Positions 58,784-64,000 of a stretch of DNA of 64,000 nt are shown piece by piece. Source of the stretch: Cyanophora paradoxa CCMP329 (Eukaryota; Plantae; Glaucophyta); assembly GCA_004431415.1 (NCBI GenBank), contig QPMI01000092.1, forward strand, positions 1 to 64,000. The letters run 5' to 3'. The position numbers and the translations under genes are program-made. The notes beneath the pieces were generated by a model. It was not told where the DNA came from. It did no database searches and saw only the letters and a list, made by a program, of their open reading frames with translations. Within the stretch, counting starts at the first letter, position 1; each line of letters opens with the position of its first letter.

Positions 58784-60687
58784 GGGCCGCGGCAAAGGCC
58801 GCGGCAGAGGGACGACCGTGGCGATGCGCCCCTCCAATCCTACTTCCGGTCCGCGGTCGGTCTCTCCCCGTTCTCCCCGGCCCCGACTCGCAACTGCCCC
58901 CTCCCCTCCGGACTCCCCGCCGCCCCGCCCCAGCGGACCCTCCGCCACCCCGGCCCCTCCCCTCGCCCGCCCGACCGGCCCCTCCACCGTCCCCCGGCCC
59001 CGTCTCCCCCCCTTCCCCCCAGCCCCTCCCCCCCACACCCCCAGCCTCCTCCCCTCCCCGCAGCCCAGCCCCGCTACCCCGCCGCCTCACGCGCCGCGAG
59101 CGTGAGCTGGCCGCCCTCCGTGACTCGGCCGGCTTCACCTCCGCCCGCAACAATCTTCTTGCACGTGGAGACCGCGGAGCCCGACGTGCAGGTCCGGCTG
59201 TCCCAGCCCCTGATCCACAGGACCGCCCCCCCCGGACCCCCCGCCTCGGTGAACCTCTCTGACCCCCCACACCGCCGTCACCCGTCGAACCGCAAGACCG
59301 GCCCCGCCCCGCCAGCCCCGCGCCCCCGCCGCCGGCCCCCCACCACCGCCGGCACCGCCCTCGGTCCCCGCACCACCGCCCCCATTCGAGTTTTCCGCCC
59401 GCGCGCGCCAGCTCCACCCCGAGGCACTCCCGCCCCCAGACCGATGTCCCCTCTGCCTACACCCCCTGGGCCGTCACCGCCGCCTCCACCGAGCCCCGTA
59501 CCCCCTTCTCTGCCCCCCAAGGTACCACCCCTGCTCCACCGCGGCGACCTCATCCAGTCCCTCCTCATCTTCGGCCTCTCCCCGCTGGGCTACAGACCCT
59601 GAGCCCAAAGTGTGCACTCCCTGCCGCGCGCGCCGGGCTGACGCCACGCTCGCGCTTGAGAGGCCCACTCCTGGAGGAGAGCAGGCCCCTCGGGCGTGGC
59701 CTGCCTGCCCGCGCCAGGTCCGGTCCCGCCCGCGCAGGTGCAGGCTGCCACGCCGCTGGCAGCCTGCAGGGCGGGACCCGCCGCCGGATGGGGGCCCCAA
59801 CCCCTCCCCGGGGCCCCGCGCCGGCGGCGCTCGCACCGCAGAGGCGGTGCGCAATAAATCCTCCGGGGCCCTGCCCCAATAAACTCTCCGGCCCCAGCTC
59901 CCCACCCCCAACCCCACCCCCCCAATGGCCGCGCTCGCGCGGCCGCTGGGGGAGGCCCCACCGAGGGCCGCAAGAGTGGCCTTAGGGGGTAGGGCTCGCA
60001 GTAGGGAGATTCCCTCGGGGTTAGTCTAGCTGGAGACCCAATAGGGGGGAGGTAAGCTAGACTTGTCGTGTGTTTGTAGGCCTAGGCCTAGGGTAGGCAG
60101 ATAGCATTAGCTGTTTGTCAACTTGGGGCACCAGTCCCCTAATACACTAGGGATTACTGAAAAAAAAAAAGCGGGTTGAGATGTCTGGGACCACGATACA
60201 CATCTAGAGCTCGCGCAGAGCGCGCGTGCGGGCAGCGGCACGCGCCCCCGCCGCCAGCCGCACCTCCTCCAGCAGGGGCACCTGGCCCAGTGCACGTGGG
60301 CGATTCGATTCCGCTGCGAACTGCGAGGGCGCGACGGGCCGCCGCGAGCGCGCATCGATGCTAGCCTTGAAAGAGCTTGCGTGGATGCATCGCGGCCCTG
60401 GCGCTCGCTTCCTTGTGGATATCGCCTGCTCCTGCCGTGTATACACCAGCAGCTGCAGCTGGACGATTTGATCTCGCTTCAAAGGCTCCGCACCGCGAGG
60501 GCTCGCAGGGCCGCCGTAGCGCGATTCGGTGAGCGCATGAATAGAGCGTGCGCGGATGCAACGCGGCCCTGGCGCGCGCTTCCCCAGCAGAGATTGCTCA
60601 TGAGGTCCAGTGAGCCAGTGACTTCCTGGGCGACCGGCTGGCCCCAGCAGGCGCTCTTTGAACCAGAATCATTATCACATGTAGTTA

Positions 60688-63600
60688 TGTCACTGCACCA
60701 AGATACAGGGTGATCCGAAGTGTTTTTGGGCCGGACCGGTCTCTTGAATTTTACTCGTAGGACCCTCTCGGGGACTTCTCAGTTTTCAAGTTCTAAAATG
60801 CCACCCCGACCTGCTCATGATGCCTGATTGAAGCATCAACTCACTCAGAAGTGGCGATTTCACGTCCCCGGGGGTTTTCGAGGGTGCTGAAGACGATGGT
60901 AGCGGTACCGAAGGCCGCCGATCAAAGCCTGGGTCCGTATTCAAGAACTACTGGAAATTGGAGCCCCAGATGTTGTTTTAGGAGGTTTTATACGTCCCAG
61001 TAGACCTTAGCAACCTTCCCGTAGCGTACCAGCAGCAGGCGAGCAGGCTGTCACGTTGCAAGAGAAAGCTGCTAATCACAGACTACTGTGTACCCTAGGA
61101 CACGGCTACCGGAAAGTATCAAGCTAGAGTCAGAAAAAGTAGCTAGGGTCGCATCTTCGTACAGGGGTACAGTGACTCAGGAAATCGCGAGAAGCCGCGG
61201 GTCAAGTCACGGTACTACTGCGAACGAAGTGCAAACGAAGCACTAACGGCTAGGAAACCCTATCGGCAACAGCTCTCCAGGTCCTCACAGACGCTTCCAC
61301 GCGGCTGGATCAGAAGAGATGTAGAGCTGCGCATTTGGTTGAGGGCAAACCAGGCAGCAGTGATCAGCCGCTGACCCAGCGCCAAGAGAGAATTCCCGAA
61401 ACTCGCAAGCCACATCCCAGTGAAGGGCACGTCATCGACAACGGAAGTGAATCCGGTAAACCGCAGTACGGGCTGTGATTCAAGACTCGTCATCCGTCGT
61501 GTCATCATCGGAAAGTGAATCGGGATCAACGGCAGGTGGCGGAGGCACGGGGACCTCATGATCGGGCGGCACAGGCACGGGGCCTTGCGAGGGCGACCGG
61601 CTTTGCGGGGAGCGAGAACATTGGCAGGACGCTCGTGAAAAGCGATCATGAGATCAACGTGCATGAGAACCTCGCGCGAGCGATACACCAGTGAAGTGTC
61701 ATCGCCTCGGACAGTGTACAAAAGACCGTGAGAGTGAACCTCAGTGACAGTGTAAGGGCCAGTCCAACCATTGCGAGGCCCAGTGCGCTTGACGTTACTG
61801 GTCTTCGCGCTGATAATCCAGCACAACACTTTGTCACCAGGCTTGAAAACACGATGCGGCTCACGGCCAGTGCCATAGCGAAGCAACTTCTTGTTGTAAA
61901 GTTTGCGGTGTTCTCGGACGGCAGAGATTTGGTCGCGGGCGGCTCGAGCGACCGACAAAGCGTAATCGTAGAGAGAAACGGGATCTTCGTGAGGTTCGCG
62001 CAGGGTGAGGTCGAGACGAAGATCGCCAGGCAACATCAATTCTCGTCCAAAGTGCAGAGCGGCGGGTGAAAAACCAGTGGCAGCGTGAATCGTGGTCCGG
62101 AGAGCGAAGAGCACGCGATAATGATAGAAAGGCCAATGGGAATTGTCCTCCCCGTTCTCATCGCAAAGAGCATACACCAAGCGCTTGTAAATGCCACCAA
62201 GCCGCTCAGCACCGCCGTTCGTGGACTGGTGGGACGTGGGAGCGTAAATCAACCGAGTACCCTGGCGAGTCCAGAATTTGCCCCAGAGACTAGTAGGCGT
62301 GAAGACCTTGGCGTTATCCGTGAGATACCGCTTGCAAGGGCCGTGATTCGCGTACACAGTTTGTGCAGCCCACTCACAGGCACGACCATCAGCCTCCGTC
62401 AGCATCAAAATCTCAGGGTACTTGGTAAAAGCGTCGACGTCAATGTGCACAAGTGTGAAACGGTGAAGTCGACCGTTCTCAGAGGGCGCCATAGGGAAGT
62501 GATCGGCTTGACGCAAGTCGCCAGGATGCTCAGACTCGATCACAGTGAATTGTGACTTCGGCTTCTTGTGAGCCTTGGCAAACTGACAGTGTCGGCACGT
62601 CTTCACGTAGCGATGGACAGCAGTCGTCATGCCCGGCCACCAAAACCGTGAGGCGATGCGCCGAGCAACAATGGGGGCACCACGGTGAGCCCAGTCATCG
62701 TGGTAAGCGTGAACAATCTTCTCCCGCCACTCTGGGGGTACAACGATCTGAGGCCGCATAGTGGGGAGCAAGGGCAACCGCAGTACGGTATCTTGCTCAT
62801 CGATCGTGTACTGAGTAGCTTCACGAGCGAAGCGATCGCGTGCAGACTTGCAGAGAATGCAGCTCCCAAGCACCTCCGGGTCACGTTCACCAGCAGTGTA
62901 GTGGGAGTGACAGCGCGCCAGGTTCTCCTTCTCGCGAAGAAGTGCGAACACCATCTGGCAAAGAGGGTCACGAGCCTGAGCCATGATGACCGCGGTCCCA
63001 TCGGAAACAAGTTCACGGATCGTCGGTGGCGGAGGAACGTCAACGAGGGGGCGGGGGCCCTCGCTCCAGGTGTCCATGACAACGGTGCCACGCGGCAAGC
63101 GAACGTGTGTCGGCTCATTCTGGGCGCCTTCACCTTCGTCCAGCGGGCGATAGCGCTGCTAGAAGTGGGATCAGGTCGCGGACGACCGAGGTCACGTTCT
63201 TGCTGCAGGAAGTGCATGTACTCTTCCTCGTCAGCAACGTCGAGATGCGACGGGGGCGCAATGGCATATCGAGACTGCCGTGAATTCTTGCCCTTGGGAG
63301 GCTTCACCCGCGGTACGGGGCATGCCTTGGCGTTCAGCGCCTTGCGGGATTGTCGCCGTCTGCGCCGCTCCTCCGGGGTTCGGTTCCGAACAGAGGGCAG
63401 GGGTACGAGCGCGTCGATCTCAGACGGGGTACGGCCCATCTCTGCCAGTTGGCGTCGCCGTTCGAGCGTCGTCGCCGTCCTCTCCCGCGAGGCTTCGTGC
63501 AGATCTCGGGCCGCACGCGAACGTCTGTCGCGATCACTGGCGAGGCGGTCAGCGTAGTCCTTTTCAAGCCGTCGCTGGTATTGGCGCGGGACACTCCAAG

Positions 63601-64000
63601 CCGTGCTCCGTCTTGAGTTCGACGTTCCGTCGGACGCCGAGGACTGCGAAGATTGGCCGTCATCCGTGAGGGCCCGGCGTCGTGCCCGTTCCACAGAGTC
63701 GCGTAGCGTGCGGTCAGCTGCTTGACGATCGAAGCCTCGCAAAGATGGACGGGGTAGCGACGGCTCGCTCTCCTCGTCTGTACCCCCTCCCCCTCCTTCC
63801 GGTGACTGAGACCGAGGCCTCCGGGCCGAGCTCTCCCGTCCTCGAGCTTGAAGCCCGTCAGCGGAGCTCTCCTGTCCTCGAACTTGAAGTCGGCGGCGGC
63901 GACCCTCGGCCGGTAGCCAGGCCGCGCCGTCGAGTGTATGCTCGAGGTTCGTCACCCCGCGGCGTCGCCGTGCAGGAGGGCCGTCGCGCCCGCCTCGTCT
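60688..64000 (-). mobile_element. Integrase-bearing element (Gypsy LTR or Ginger-like), truncated by window edge; left boundary tentative
   Basis: Integrase ORF plus upstream Arg/Ser-rich coding sequence; composition changes near TGTCAC at 60688. Confidence 0.55.
61260..63098 (-). CDS. Ty3/Gypsy- or Ginger-type integrase
   Basis: AQARDP; HDDWAH...CRHC (HHCC); DDE core ADHFPM / TDNAKVF / NGGAE; ATGFSPAALHFGREL; GPY/F motif WTGPYTV. Confidence 0.92.
   Translation of the reverse strand: MPRGTVVMDTWSEGPRPLVDVPPPPTIRELVSDGTAVIMAQARDPLCQMVFALLREKENLARCHSHYTAGERDPEVLGSCILCKSARDRFAREATQYTIDEQDTVLRLPLLPTMRPQIVVPPEWREKIVHAYHDDWAHRGAPIVARRIASRFWWPGMTTAVHRYVKTCRHCQFAKAHKKPKSQFTVIESEHPGDLRQADHFPMAPSENGRLHRFTLVHIDVDAFTKYPEILMLTEADGRACEWAAQTVYANHGPCKRYLTDNAKVFTPTSLWGKFWTRQGTRLIYAPTSHQSTNGGAERLGGIYKRLVYALCDENGEDNSHWPFYHYRVLFALRTTIHAATGFSPAALHFGRELMLPGDLRLDLTLREPHEDPVSLYDYALSVARAARDQISAVREHRKLYNKKLLRYGTGREPHRVFKPGDKVLCWIISAKTSNVKRTGPRNGWTGPYTVTEVHSHGLLYTVRGDDTSLVYRSREVLMHVDLMIAFHERPANVLAPRKAGRPRKAPCLCRPIMRSPCLRHLPLIPIHFPMMTRRMTSLESQPVLRFTGFTSVVDDVPFTGMWLASFGNSLLALGQRLITAAWFALNQMRSSTSLLIQPRGSVCEDLESCCR

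Larger units (their letters stand above)
52106..60187 (+). mobile_element. 5'-truncated non-LTR retrotransposon (LINE), ~8.05 kb, with 17-bp TSD
   Basis: TSD GCGGGTTGAGATGTCTG at 52106-52122 and 60171-60187; A11 tail at 60160-60170. Confidence 0.93.

Noticed and set aside
1-64000. tRNA/rRNA genes
   Set aside because: None recognised by eye; a covariance-model scan was not possible.

Overview
Eukaryotic genomic window, probably from a GC-rich alga with a primary plastid. The evidence is a nuclear rpl32 with an 'MAF' transit peptide and a CBM20 starch-binding gene; a glaucophyte-like host is an inference. (1) 1 to ~17.8 kb: an AT-rich endogenous Polinton-like virus (PLV). It carries an rve integrase, a fragmented protein-primed PolB, a Prim-Pol/D5 primase-helicase, a packaging ATPase, a putative homing endonuclease, a major capsid protein and two divergent minor-capsid-like genes. 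Three copies of an iteron/AT-rich origin-like module bracket the helicase-capsid block in inverted orientation. (2) ~17.8-33 kb: GC-rich, palindrome-saturated host DNA with a small 4-exon gene, a Helitron2-like element confirmed by an empty paralogous site, a pseudogenised duplicate of an H+-ATPase 3' end and a short retroposed tail with TSD. (3) ~33-49 kb: host genes, namely a multi-exon P3A H+-ATPase rich in GC-AG introns, plastid-targeted rpl32, a Fyv7/TAP26-like protein and a CBM20 protein. (4) 52.1-60.2 kb: a 5'-truncated LINE with a 17-bp TSD and polyA, encoding RT, RNase H, a CCHC finger and an unusual C-terminal Ulp1-type protease. (5) 61-64 kb: a Gypsy/Ginger-type integrase running off the window end. 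Most long ORFs in the GC-rich part of the track are shadow ORFs. All calls come from motif reading by eye; no searches were run.
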